Shown: piece after piece, positions 42,496-54,400 of the stretch
How positions within the stretch are numbered: the stretch's first letter is position 1
Layout: the number at the start of each line of letters is the position of its first letter
Assembly (NCBI GenBank): GCA_965240325.2
Contig: OZ251222.1
Coordinates: 4,030,001 to 4,094,000 of the forward strand
From: Rebecca billardiae RCC1528
Taxonomy: Eukaryota > Protista > Haptophyta
Reading direction: 5' to 3'
DNA: 64,000 nucleotides
Made by a program: the position numbers and the translations under genes
The notes under the pieces: model-generated
Database searches by the model: none
Told to the model about the DNA's origin: nothing
The model's input: the letters and a program-made list of their open reading frames with translations, nothing else

Positions 42496-45400
42496 ATGGC
42501 TGCTGCCCATTCGCGCGTCGGGCTGCTCGCTCGCGGCGTCGGCCTGGCGCTGCTGGCGCTCGCGCTGGGCCGCCCCGCGTCGGTTGCCGTGACCGCCCAG
42601 TCGCCGCCGCCGCCGCGCCCGCCGCCGAGCCCGCCGCCGAGCCCGCCACCCAGCCCGCCGCCGTCACCACCGCCGAGCCCGCCGCCAAGCCCGCCGCCAC
42701 CCTCGCCGCCGCCGAGCCCGCCTCCGTCGCCACCGCCGTCGCCACCGCCGTCGCCACCGCCGAGCCCTCCACCGAGCCCTCCGCCATCACCGCCGCCCAG
42801 CCCGCCGCCGAGCCCGCCGCCGCCCAGCCCTCCGCCCAGCCCTCCACCGAGCCCGCCACCATCGCCGCCGCCTTCTCCGCCGCCAAGCCCGCCGCCGAGC
42901 CCGCCACCGAGCCCGCCGCCGAGCCCTCCGCCCTCGCCGCCCCCGAGCCCACCGCCGAGCCCACCACCAAGCCCGCCACCCTCGCCGCCGCCAAGCCCAC
43001 CGCCGTCGCCGCCGCCGTCGCCACCACCGCCTTCGCCGCCACCGAGCCCGCCGCCGAGCCCGCCGCCCTCGCCCCCCCCGAGCCCACCGCCAAGCCCACC
43101 ACCAAGCCCTCCGCCGTCGCCGCCGCCGAGCCCTCCGCCGTCGCCGCCGCCGTCGCCACCACCGCCGTCGCCGCCACCGAGCCCGCCGCCGAACCCGCCG
43201 CCGAGCCCACCGCCTTCGCCGCCGCCAAGCCCACCGCCGAACCCGCCGCCGAGCCCACCGCCTTCGCCGCCACCAAGCCCACCGCCGAGCCCGCCACCCT
43301 CGCCGCCGCCGCCCTCGCCACCGCCCAGCCCGCCGCCCAGCCCGCCGCCCAGCCCGCCGCCGAGCCCGCCGCCGAGCCCCCCACCGTCGCCGCCGCCGAG
43401 CCCGCCGCCGAGCCCGCCGCCGAGCCCACCACCTTCGCCACCGCCGAGCCCGCCGCCCTCGCCCCCGCCCCCGTCGCCACCACCCAGCCCGCCGCCGAGC
43501 CCGCCGCCTTCGCCGCCGCCGTCACCGCCGCCGAGCCCGCCGCCGAGCCCACCGCCAAGCCCACCGCCTTCACCCCCGCCGAGCCCGCCGCCCTCGCCGC
43601 CTCCGTCGCCGCCGCCTCCCTCGCCACCGCCGAGCCCGCCACCGAGCCCGCCACCCTCGCCGCCGCCCAGCCCGCCGCCGTCTCCGCCACCCAGCCCGCC
43701 GCCCAGCCCGCCGCCCAGCCCGCCGCCCTCGCCGCCCCCCAGTCCACCTCCTTCGCCGCCGCCAAGCCCGCCGCCAAGCCCGCCTCCGTCGCCGCCGCCA
43801 TCGCCGCCTCCGCCCTCGCCGCCTCCCAGCCCGCCACCGAGCCCGCCGCCGTCGCCGCCGCCGAGTCCGCCCCCCAGTCCGCCGCCGTCACCGCCTCCGT
43901 CGCCTCCGCCTAGCCCGCCGCCCAGCCCGCCACCATCGCCGCCGCCGTCGCCACCGCCACCGTCACCGCCTCCCAGCCCGCCGCCTTCGCCGCCGCCCTC
44001 GCCGCCGCCGAGCCCGCCGCCCTCACCGCCGCCCAGCCCGCCACCCTCTCCGCCGCCGAGCCCGCCGCCGTCCCCGCCGCCGTCCCCGCCCCCGTCGCCT
44101 CCACCCTCTCCACCGCCCAGCCCACCGCCCAGCCCGCCGCCGTCGCCCCCGCCTCCGTCACCGCCACCGAGCCCGCCGCCCTCGCCGCCGCCCTCGCCGC
44201 CGCCCTCGCCACCGCCGAGCCCGCCGCCGAGCCCGCCGCCGAGCCCGCCGCCGAGCCCACCGCCATCGCCACCGCCGAGCCCGCCCCCTTCGCCGCCGCC
44301 GCCCTCGCCGCCACCAAGCCCGCCGCCGAGCCCGCCGCCCTCGCCGCCACCAAGCCCGCCGCCGAGCCCACCGCCAAGCCCACCGCCGAGCCCGCCGCCC
44401 TCGCCACCGCCAAGCCCGCCGCCCTCGCCACCGCCCTCGCCGCCACCGCCCTCGCCGCCGCCGAGCCCGCCGCCGAGCCCGCCGCCGAGCCCACCTCCCT
44501 CGCCACCCCCGAGCCCGCCGCCGAGCCCGCCGCCCAGCCCGCCGCCCTCGCCGCCACCAAGCCCGCCGCCGAGCCCGCCGCCAAGCCCGCCGCCGCCCTC
44601 GCCGCCGCCCAGCCCGCCGCCCAGCCCGCCGCCGAGCCCGCCGCCAAGCCCACCACCGTCGCCTCCGCCAAGCCCGCCACCCTCGCCTCCGCCACCCTCG
44701 CCACCACCCAGCCCGCCGCCGAGCCCACCGCCTTCGCCGCCGCCGTCGCCGCCGCCGTCACCGCCGCCGAGCCCTCCTCCAAGCCCGCCCCCGAGCCCGC
44801 CGCCTTCACCACCGCCGAGCCCACCGCCATCGCCGCCGCCGTCGCCCCCGCCGAGCCCGCCTCCCTCACCGCCACCGTCGCCCCCGCCACCATCGCCACC
44901 TCCGAGCCCGCCGCCGAGCCCGCCGCCGTCGCCGCCGCCAAGCCCGCCGCCGAGTCCACCGCCGAGTCCGCCGCCGTCACCGCCACCGAGCCCGCCGCCG
45001 AGCCCGCCGCCGAGCCCGCCGCCCTCGCCGCCACCTCCGTCCCCGCCTCCTAGCCCGCCGCCCTCGCCGCCGCCCTCGCCGCCGCCGAGCCCGCCGCCCT
45101 CACCGCCGCCCTCGCCGCCACCCTCTCCGCCGCCGAGCCCGCCGCCGTCCCCGCCGCCCTCGCCGCCACCCTCTCCGCCGCCCAGCCCACCGCCCAGCCC
45201 ACCACCGTCCCCGCCCCCGTCGCCTCCACCCTCTCCGCCGCCCAGCCCACCGCCCAGCCCGCCGCCCTCGCCCCCGCCACCGTCGCCGCCACCGAGCCCG
45301 CCGCCCTCGCCGCCGCCCTCGCCACCGCCGAGCCCGCCACCAAGCCCACCGCCCTCGCCGCCGCCCTCGCCACCACCACCGAGCCCGCCGCCGAGCCCGC

Positions 45401-48400
45401 CGCCGAGCCCGCCGCCGAGCCCGCCGCCCTCGCCGCCGCCAAGCCCACCGCCATCGCCACCGCCGAGCCCGCCGCCCTCGCCACCGCCAAGCCCGCCGCC
45501 CTCACCACCACCCTCGCCGCCACCGCCCTCACCGCCTCCGAGCCCGCCGCCGAGCCCGCCGCCCAGCCCACCTCCCTCGCCGCCACCAAGCCCACCGCCG
45601 AGCCCGCCACCATCGCCGCCGCCGCCCTCGCCGCCGCCCAGCCCACCGCCCAGCCCGCCGCCAAGCCCGCCGCCAAGCCCACCACCGTCGCCACCGCCCA
45701 GCCCGCCACCCTCGCCTCCGCCACCTTCGCCACCGCCGAGCCCGCCGCCGAGCCCACCGCCTTCGCCGCCGCCGTCACCGCCGCCGTCACCGCCGCCGAG
45801 CCCTCCGCCAAGCCCGCCCCCCAGCCCGCCGCCATCACCGCCGCCATCACCGCCGCCATCGCCGCCGCCATCGCCCCCGCCGAGTCCGCCTCCCTCACCG
45901 CCACCGTCGCCCCCGCCACCATCGCCACCTCCGAGCCCGCCGCCGAGCCCGCCACCGTCGCCGCCGCCGAGCCCGCCGCCGAGTCCACCGCCGAGCCCGC
46001 CGCCCTCGCCGCCACCGAGCCCGCCGCCGAGCCCGCCACCCTCGCCGCCGCCCTCGCCGCCACCTCCGTCCCCGCCTCCTAGCCCGCCGCCCTCGCCGCC
46101 GCCCTCGCCGCCGCCGAGCCCGCCGCCCTCACCGCCGCCCTCGCCGCCACCCTCTCCGCCGCCCAGCCCGCCGCCGTCCCCGCCGCCCTCGCCGCCACCT
46201 TCTCCGCCGCCGAGCCCGCCGCCCAGCCCACCACCGTCCCCGCCCCCGTCGCCTCCACCCTCTCCGCCGCCCAGCCCGCCGCCCAGCCCGCCGCCATCGC
46301 CCCCGCCACCGTCGCCGCCGCCGAGCCCGCCGCCCTCGCCGCCGCCCTCGCCACCGCCGCCGAGCCCGCCACCAAGCCCGCCGCCGAGCCCGCCGCCGAG
46401 CCCGCCGCCCTCGCCGCCACCAAGCCCACCGCCATCGCCACCGCCAAGCCCGCCGCCCTCGCCGCCGCCAAGCCCGCCGCCCTCGCCACCGCCCTCGCCG
46501 CCACCGCCCTCGCCGCCGCCGAGCCCGCCGCCGAGCCCGCCGCCGAGCCCACCTCCCTCGCCGCCGCCGAGCCCGCCGCCGAGCCCGCCGCCCAGCCCAC
46601 CTCCCTCGCCACCCCCGAGCCCGCCGCCCAGCCCGCCGCCGTCGCCGCCACCCTCGCCGCCACCAAGCCCACCGCCGAGCCCGCCGCCATCGCCGCCGCC
46701 GCCCTCGCCGCCGCCCAGCCCACCGCCCAGCCCGCCGCCGAGCCCACCGCCCAGCCCACCGCCCTCGCCACCGCCGAGCCCACCGCCCAGCCCGCCTCCG
46801 AGCCCCCCTCCCTCACCACCGCCGAGCCCACCGCCTTCGCCTCCGCCGCCCTCGCCACCACCCAGCCCGCCGCCGAGCCCTCCGCCTTCGCCGCCGCCGA
46901 GCCCGCCGCCCTCACCGCCTCCAAGCCCTCCGCCAAGCCCGCCCCCGAGCCCGCCGCCTTCACCGCCGCCGAGCCCACCGCCATCGCCGCCACCGTCGCC
47001 CCCGCCGAGTCCGCCTCCCTCGCCGCCACCGTCGCCCCCGCCGCCATCGCCACCTCCGAGCCCGCCGCCGAGCCCGCCACCGTCGCCGCCGCCGAGCCCG
47101 CCGCCGAGTCCACCGCCGAGCCCGCCGCCGTCACCGCCACCGAGCCCGCCGCCGAGCCCGCCACCCTCGCCGCCGCCCTCGCCGCCACCTCCGTCCCCGC
47201 CTCCTAGCCCGCCGCCCTCGCCGCCGCCCTCGCCGCCGCCGAGCCCGCCGCCCTCACCGCCGCCCTCGCCGCCACCCTCTCCGCCGCCCAGCCCGCCGCC
47301 GTCCCCGCCGCCCTCGCCGCCACCCTCTCCGCCGCCCAGCCCGCCGCCCAGCCCACCGCCGTCCCCGCCCCCGTCGCCTCCACCCTCTCCGCCGCCCAGC
47401 CCGCCGCCCAGCCCGCCGCCATCGCCCCCGCCGCCGTCGCCGCCGCCGAGCCCGCCGCCCTCGCCGCCGCCCTCGCCACCGCCATCGCCACCGCCAAGCC
47501 CACCGCCCTCGCCGCCGCCCTCGCCACCGCCGCCAAGCCCGCCGCCGAGCCCGCCGCCGAGCCCGCCGCCGAGCCCGCCACCGAGCCCGCCGCCCTCGCC
47601 GCCGCCAAGCCCACCGCCCTCGCCACCGCCAAGCCCGCCGCCCTCACCACCACCGAGCCCGCCGCCATCACCGCCGCCATCACCGCCGCCATCGCCGCCG
47701 CCAAGCCCGCCACCAAGCCCCCCCCCGCCGTCGCCGCCTCCGAGCCCGCCGCCGGCGCCGCCGCCAAGCCCGCCACCCTCGCCGCCGCCGTCGCCGCCGC
47801 CCTCGCCGCCGCCGTCGCCGCCGCCGTCGCCGCCGCCAAGCCCACCGCCCAGCCCACCGCCGTCACCTCCGCCCTCGCCGCCGCCGAGCCCGCCGCCAAG
47901 CCCGCCGCCGTCGCCGCCGCCTCCATCGCCGCCGCCGAGCCCGCCACCATCGCCCCCGCCGAGCCCACCCCCTTCACCGCCGCCTTCGCCACCGCCCAGC
48001 CCGCCGCCATCGCCGCCGCCGAGCCCGCCGCCATCACCGCCGCCGAGCCCGCCGCCATCACCGCCGCCATCACCGCCGCCATCGCCGCCGCCAAGCCCAC
48101 CACCAAGCCCCCCGCCGCCGTCGCCGCCTCCGAGCCCGCCGCCAAGCCCGCCGCCAAGCCCGCCACCCTCGCCGCCGCCCTCGCCGCCGCCCTCGCCGCC
48201 GCCCTCGCCGCCGCCCTCGCCGCCTCCGTCACCGCCGCCCAGCCCACCGCCGTCACCCCCGCCCTCGCCGCCGCCCAGCCCGCCGCCCAGCCCGCCCCCG
48301 TCGCCACCGCCTCCATCGCCGCCGCCGAGCCCGCCGCCATCGCCGCCGCCGAGCCCACCCCCTTCACCGCCGCCTTCGCCACCGCCCAGCCCGCCGCCAT

Positions 48401-51400
48401 CGCCGCCGCCGAGCCCGCCGCCGAGCCCGCCGCCGAGCCCGCCGCCATCGCCGCCGCCATTGCCGCCGCCGTCGCCGCCGCCCAGCCCGCCGCCATCGCC
48501 GCCGCCATCACCACCGCCATCGCCGCCGCCAAGCCCACCACCAAGCCCCCCGCCGCCGTCGCCGCCTCCGAGCCCGCCGCCGTCGCCGCCGCCAAGCCCG
48601 CCACCCTCGCCGCCGCCCTCGCCGCCACCCTCGCCGCCGCCCTCGCCGCCGCCCTCGCCGCCTCCGTCACCACCGCCCAGCCCACCGCCGTCACCCCCGC
48701 CCTCTCCGCCGCCCAGCCCGCCGCCCAGCCCGCCCCCGTCGCCACCGCCTCCATCGCCACCACCTTCGCCTCCTCCGAGCCCGCCGCCGAGCCCGCCGCC
48801 AAGCCCGCCGCCAAGTCCTCCGCCGAGCCCGCCGCCGTCGCCGCCGCCGAGCCCGCCGCCAAGCCCGCCACCAACGCCGCCGCCGTCGCCGCCGCCGTCG
48901 CCGCCGCCGAGCCCGCCCCCAAGCCCGCCGCCAAGCCCGCCGCCCAGCCCGCCGCCCAGCCCGCCACCCAGCCCGCCACCCAGCCCACCACCTTCGCCTC
49001 CTCCGAGCCCGCCGCCGACCCCGCCGCCTTCGCCGCCGCCTTCGCCGCCACCCAGCCCGCCCCCCTCGCCGCCGCCGAGCCCGCCGCCGAGCCCGCCGCC
49101 CTCGCCGCCACCGAGCCCTCCTCCGAGCCCGCCGCCCTCTCCGCCGCCCTCGCCACCACCAAGCCCGCCGCCCAGCCCGCCTCCGTCGCCACCGCCTCCA
49201 TCGCCACCGCCAAGTCCACCGCCGTCGCCGCCGCCCAGCCCACCGCCTTCACCACCGCCTTCGCCACCGCCCAGCCCGCCGCCATCGCCACCGCCATCGC
49301 CACCGCCGTCGCCGCCACCCAGCCCGCCGCCATCGCCGCCGCCCAGCCCGCCGCCCAGCCCGCCGCCAAGCCCGCCACCCAGCCCACCACCTTCGCCTCC
49401 TCCGAGCCCGCCGCCGAGCCCGCCACCGAGCCCGCCGCCAAGCCCGCCGCCGAGTCCACCGCCCTCGCCACCGCCGAGCCCACCGCCGAGCCCGCCGCCA
49501 TCACCGCCACCATCGCCGCCGCCGTCGCCGCCACCGAGCCCGCCGCCCAGCCCGCCGCCCAGCCCGCCGCCCAGCCCGCCGCCCAGCCCGCCGCCCAGCC
49601 CGCCACCCAGCCCACCGCCTTCGCCTCCTCCGAGCCCGCCGCCGTCGCCGCCGCCGAGCCCACCGCCGAGCCCGCCGCCAAGCCCGCCGCCAAGTCCACC
49701 GCCCTCGCCGCCGCCGAGCCCGCCACCGAGCCCGCCGCCGTCGCCGCCGCCGTCGCCGCCGCCGTCGCCGCCGCCGTCGCCGCCGCCAAGCCCGCCGCCA
49801 AGCCCGCCGCCGAGCCCGCCGCCTTCGCCGCCCCCATCGCCGCCACCCAGCCCGCCGCCCTCGCCGCCGCCGAGCCCGCCGCCGAGCCCGCCACCCTCGC
49901 CGCCACCGAGCCCTCCTCCGAGCCCACCGCCCTCGCCGCCGCCCTCGCCACCACCAAGCCCGCCGCCGAGCCCGCCGCCGAGCCCGCCGCCGAGCCCGCC
50001 GCCAAGCCCACCGCCCTCGCCGCCGCCCTCGCCGCCGCCCTCGCCACCGCCGAGCCCGCCGCCCTCGCCGCCACCCTCGCCACCGCCGAGCCCGCCGCCC
50101 TCGCCGCCGCCGAGCCCGCCGCCCTCGCCACCGCCCTCGCCGCCACCGTCCCCACCGCCCTCGCCACCGCCATCTCCGCCGCCGTCCCCACCGCCATCGC
50201 CACCGCCGAGCCCCCCGCCCTCGCCTCCTCCGAGCCCACCGCCGAGCCCGCCACCCTCGCCACCGCCGAGCCCTCCGCCGAGCCCGCCGCCCTCGCCGCC
50301 ACCCTCGCCACCACCGAGCCCGCCACCCTCGCCGCCGCCAAGCCCGCCGCCCTCGCCACCGCCCTCGCCGCCACCGTCCCCACCGCCCTCGCCACCGCCA
50401 TCTCCGCCGCCGTCCCCACCGCCATCGCCACCGCCGAGCCCCCCGCCCTCGCCTCCTCCGAGCCCACCGCCGAGCCCGCCACCCTCGCCACCGCCGAGCC
50501 CGCCGCCCTCGCCGCCGCCCTCGCCGCCGCCATCGCCGCCGCCATCGCCACCGCCGAGCCCTCCGCCAAGCCCGCCGCCGAGCCCGCCGCCCTCGCCGCC
50601 GCCCTCGCCGCCGCCCTCGCCTCCGCCGAGCCCGCCGCCCTCGCCCCCGCCGAGCCCGCCGCCGAGCCCGCCACCCTCACCGCCGCCCTCGCCGCCGCCA
50701 AGCCCGCCGCCGAGCCCGCCGCCGAGCCCGCCGCCAAGCCCACCGCCGAGCCCACCGCCGTCGCCGCCGCCGAGCCCGCCGCCCTCGCCGCCGCCAAGCC
50801 CGCCGCCCTCGCCGCCCCCATCGCCTCCGCCGAGCCCGCCGCCCTCACCGCCACCGAGCCCGCCGCCCTCGCCACCGCCGAGCCCGCCGCCGAGCCCGCC
50901 GCCGAGCCCTCCGCCGTCGCCGCCGCCATCACCGCCGCCCTCGCCGCCGCCGAGCCCGCCGCCGAGCCCACCGCCGAGCCCGCCGCCGTCGCCGCCACCG
51001 TCGCCGCCACCGAGCCCGCCGCCGTCGCCGCCACCAAGCCCGCCGCCGAGCCCGCCGCCCTCGCCACCGCCGAGCCCGCCACCGAGTCCGCCGCCATCGC
51101 CGCCGCCATCGCCGCCGCCGAGCCCGCCGCCAAGCCCACCGCCAAGCCCGCCGCCATCGCCACCTCCGTCACCGCCGCCGAGCCCGCCGCCGTCTCCGCC
51201 GCCGAGCCCGCCACCCTCGCCGCCACCCTCGCCACCGCCGAGCCCGCCGCCCTCACCGCCGCCCAGCCCGCCGCCGAGCCCGCCGCCACCTTCGCCGCCA
51301 CCCAGCCCGCCACCGAGCCCACCGCCGAGCCCGCCGCCATCGCCGCCCCCAAGCCCGCCGCCAGCGCCGCCGCCCAGCCCTCCTCCATCGCCGCCACCCA

Positions 51401-54400
51401 GCCCGCCGCCAGCCCCGCCACCCAGCCCACCGCCGAGCCCGCCGCCCAGCCCGCCGCCGGCCCCGCCGCCCAGCCCGCCACCCAGCCCGCCGCCGAGCCC
51501 GCCACCCAACCCACCGCCGTCGCCGCCGCCGAGCCCGCCGCCCGGCCCACCACCATCGCCGCCGCCCAGCCCGCCGCCCAGCCCGCCGCCGTCGCCGCCG
51601 CCCTCACCGCCACCCTCGCCCCCGCCGAGTCCACCGCCCTCGCCACCGCCGAGCCCGCCGCCCTCGCCGCCCCCGAGCCCGCCACCCTCGCCGCCGCCAA
51701 GCCCGCCGCCAAGCCCGCCGCCGAGCCCGCCGCCGAGCCCGCCGCCGAGCCCGCCGCCGAGCCCGCCGCCCTCGCCGCCGCCCAGCCCGCCGCCGAGCCC
51801 GCCGCCATCGCCACCTCCCAGCCCACCGCCAAGCCCACCGCCCTCGCCTCCCCCAAGCCCACCGCCCTCGCCGCCGCCCAGCCCGCCGCCCAGCCCGCCA
51901 CCGAGCCCTCCGCCCAGCCCGCCGCCGAGTCCGCCGCCCAGCCCGCCGCCTTCGCCTCCGCCGAGCCCGCCGCCGCCCCCGCCGCCCAGCCCGCCACCGA
52001 GCCCGCCGCCCTCGCCGCCGCCGTCACTGCCGCCCTCGCCGCCGCCCACGCCGCCGCCGAGCCCGCCTCCGCCGTCGCCCCCGCCGTCGCCTCCGAGCCC
52101 GCCTCCGGCGCCACCACCCACGCCGCCACCGTCACCACCGCCGTCGGCGCCACCGTCGCCGCCGCCGTATCCGCCGCCATCGCCGCCGCCGCCATCGCCC
52201 CCGCCGACTCCGCCACCATCGCCGCCACCGCCGTCCCCGCCGCCGTCCCCGCCGCCCAGCCCGCCGCCGCCGAGCTCGCCGCCGCCGCCGCCGCGCGTCG
52301 TGCCCTACCCTCCGCCGCCGCCGTCGCCGCCGCCGAGCCCGCCGCCGTCGCCGCCGCCCAGCCCGCCGCCGTCGCCGCCGCCGAGCCCTCCACCCACGCC
52401 GCCGCCCAGCCCGCCGCCCAGCCCTCCACCGCCCTCGTCGCCGCCATCGTCGCCGCCCTCGCCGCCCTCGTCGCCACCACCGCCGCCGCCCTCGCCGCCG
52501 CCGCCCAGTCCGTTCCCGCCGCCGCTGCCGCCGCCGCCACCGCTGCCGCCCAGCCCGCCGCCGCCACCGAGCCCGCCGCCGCCCAGCCCGCAGCCGCCAC
52601 CGAGCTCGCCGCCGCCGAGCCCGCCCTCGCCGCCGCCGCCCTCGTCGCCGCCGCGCCCGCCGCCGCCCTCGCCACCGCCGCCGCCGCCGCCGAGCCCGCC
52701 GCCGCGCACGACCGAGTTCGTCGTCGCCGTCGTCGGCACGCCGGAGACGATCGACCTCGCGGTCGCCGCCGCGGCGGGCGGGCTGCCCGCGGCCGGCGAC
52801 ACGATCTTCCTCGCCACGGCCTCGTGCGACGGCGCGAGCGCGGACGCGGCGCTCGGCGGCGAGTTCACCGCCGCCGAGCAGGACGGCACGAGCGTGGCCG
52901 TGGTGACGATGCCGAGCGCCATCACACGGCTGCGCTTCTGCCACGCGCCCGCGGGCGGCGGCGCGGTCGTCGAGCTGCCCAACGCCGAGCTCGACGTGTA
53001 CGGCATCGACGCGGCCGCGCTGGTCGCCGTGCGCGCCGTCGCGTCGGAGCAGCAGCTCGTCGGCACCGGCGTCAACTCGAACGAGAACCTCGCCGACCAG
53101 GCCGCGTGGCTGGCGGCGGGCACGGCGGCCGCGGCGTGCGCCGGCCTGAGCGGCAGCGCGCTCGCGACGTGCGTGGACACAGAGTGCGCGTCTGCCGCCG
53201 GCGCGGGCGCGCCGCAGGCGGCGGTTGGCTCGGGCGGCCGCGCCACCTTCACCTTCGCCGCCGCCGGCTCCTTCGAGCTGTGCTTCAAGTTTGGCGACAC
53301 GGCCGGCCGGCCGTGGTCGCTGTTTGCGGACACGCTCGTCGAGTCGAGGGGCGTCGACTCGATGGCCGACCCCGGCGCGGCGGACACGAGCGCGGTGGTG
53401 GGCTCGAGCCTGCTGCTCGAGTTCAGCGGCGCGGGCGTCGCGCAGGGCGACCGCGCCTACCTGCTGCCGGCCAACCTCACCGCGTGCCCGCGCGCCGCGG
53501 CGTACGCGCTCGAGTACGGCGATGCGTACGGCGGCGTGCAGCCGCTCGACGCCGGCCTGCAGGCCGCCTTCGCCTTCGCGCAGCCCGAGGCGAGCCTGCA
53601 GCTGTGCTACGGCTTCGGCGGGTACGACGGCGGCGCGTTTGTGCCGTACCCCGCGCTCACCGCGTCCGCGCTCGCCGTGCTCTCGCCTGCGCGCACCGTG
53701 GGCGTGGTGGGCGTGGCGGAGGCGGTGACCTTCAGCGGCGTGGGCGTGGGCGCGGGCGACAGCGCCTTCTGGACGGTCGAGGCGGACTGCTCGGCCGGCG
53801 CGCTGCCCAGCCTCGGCGGCGAGCAGGCGGTGGACGCCAGCGGCAGCGCGTCCTTCACGTTCACGAACACCACCGCCGCCGGCCTCGCCAGCCTGTGCTA
53901 CCAGTTCGCCACGGAGGGCGCGCACGTGCACGTGCCCGCCGTGCAGTACGACGCGTTCGCCCTCGACGAGCAGGCGCTCGTCGTCGTCAAGGGCGTGGCC
54001 GAGCCGCTGCCGCTGAGCGGGTACGGCGTGGCCGACGGCGACCTCGCCTTCTTTGCCGACGCGTCCGCCGGCGCGCCCGACTGCGCGTCACTCACGCCCG
54101 ACCCGGCGCTCGGCGGCGAGCTGACAGTGGCCGACGGCGCCATCTCCCTCGTTACGAGCGCGGGCATCGTCGCCGCCGAGCTGTGCTTTAAGTTTGGCGC
54201 CGAGCCGTACGTGCACTACCCGGGCGCGCAGCTGTCGTCGTACGAGGTGACGGGCCCGAGCGCGGCCGTGTTTGCGGTCGTCGGCCTCGAGGAGAGCGTC
54301 GCGTTCAGCGGCGTCGGCGTGAAGGCGGGCGACCAGGCCAAGTGGGTGAACACGTCGCTCGGCTGCGACGCGCCGCCCTCGGGCCACGCCGGCACGCTCC

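Noticed and set aside
42380-52675. Very long Gly-rich and Ala-rich ORFs on the minus strand or alternative frames of the SPPP tract (e.g. 42477..52121, 3,214 aa)
   Set aside because: Shadow frames of a CCN-rich repeat. Variation is synonymous only in the SPPP frame, which alone has a signal peptide and downstream domains.
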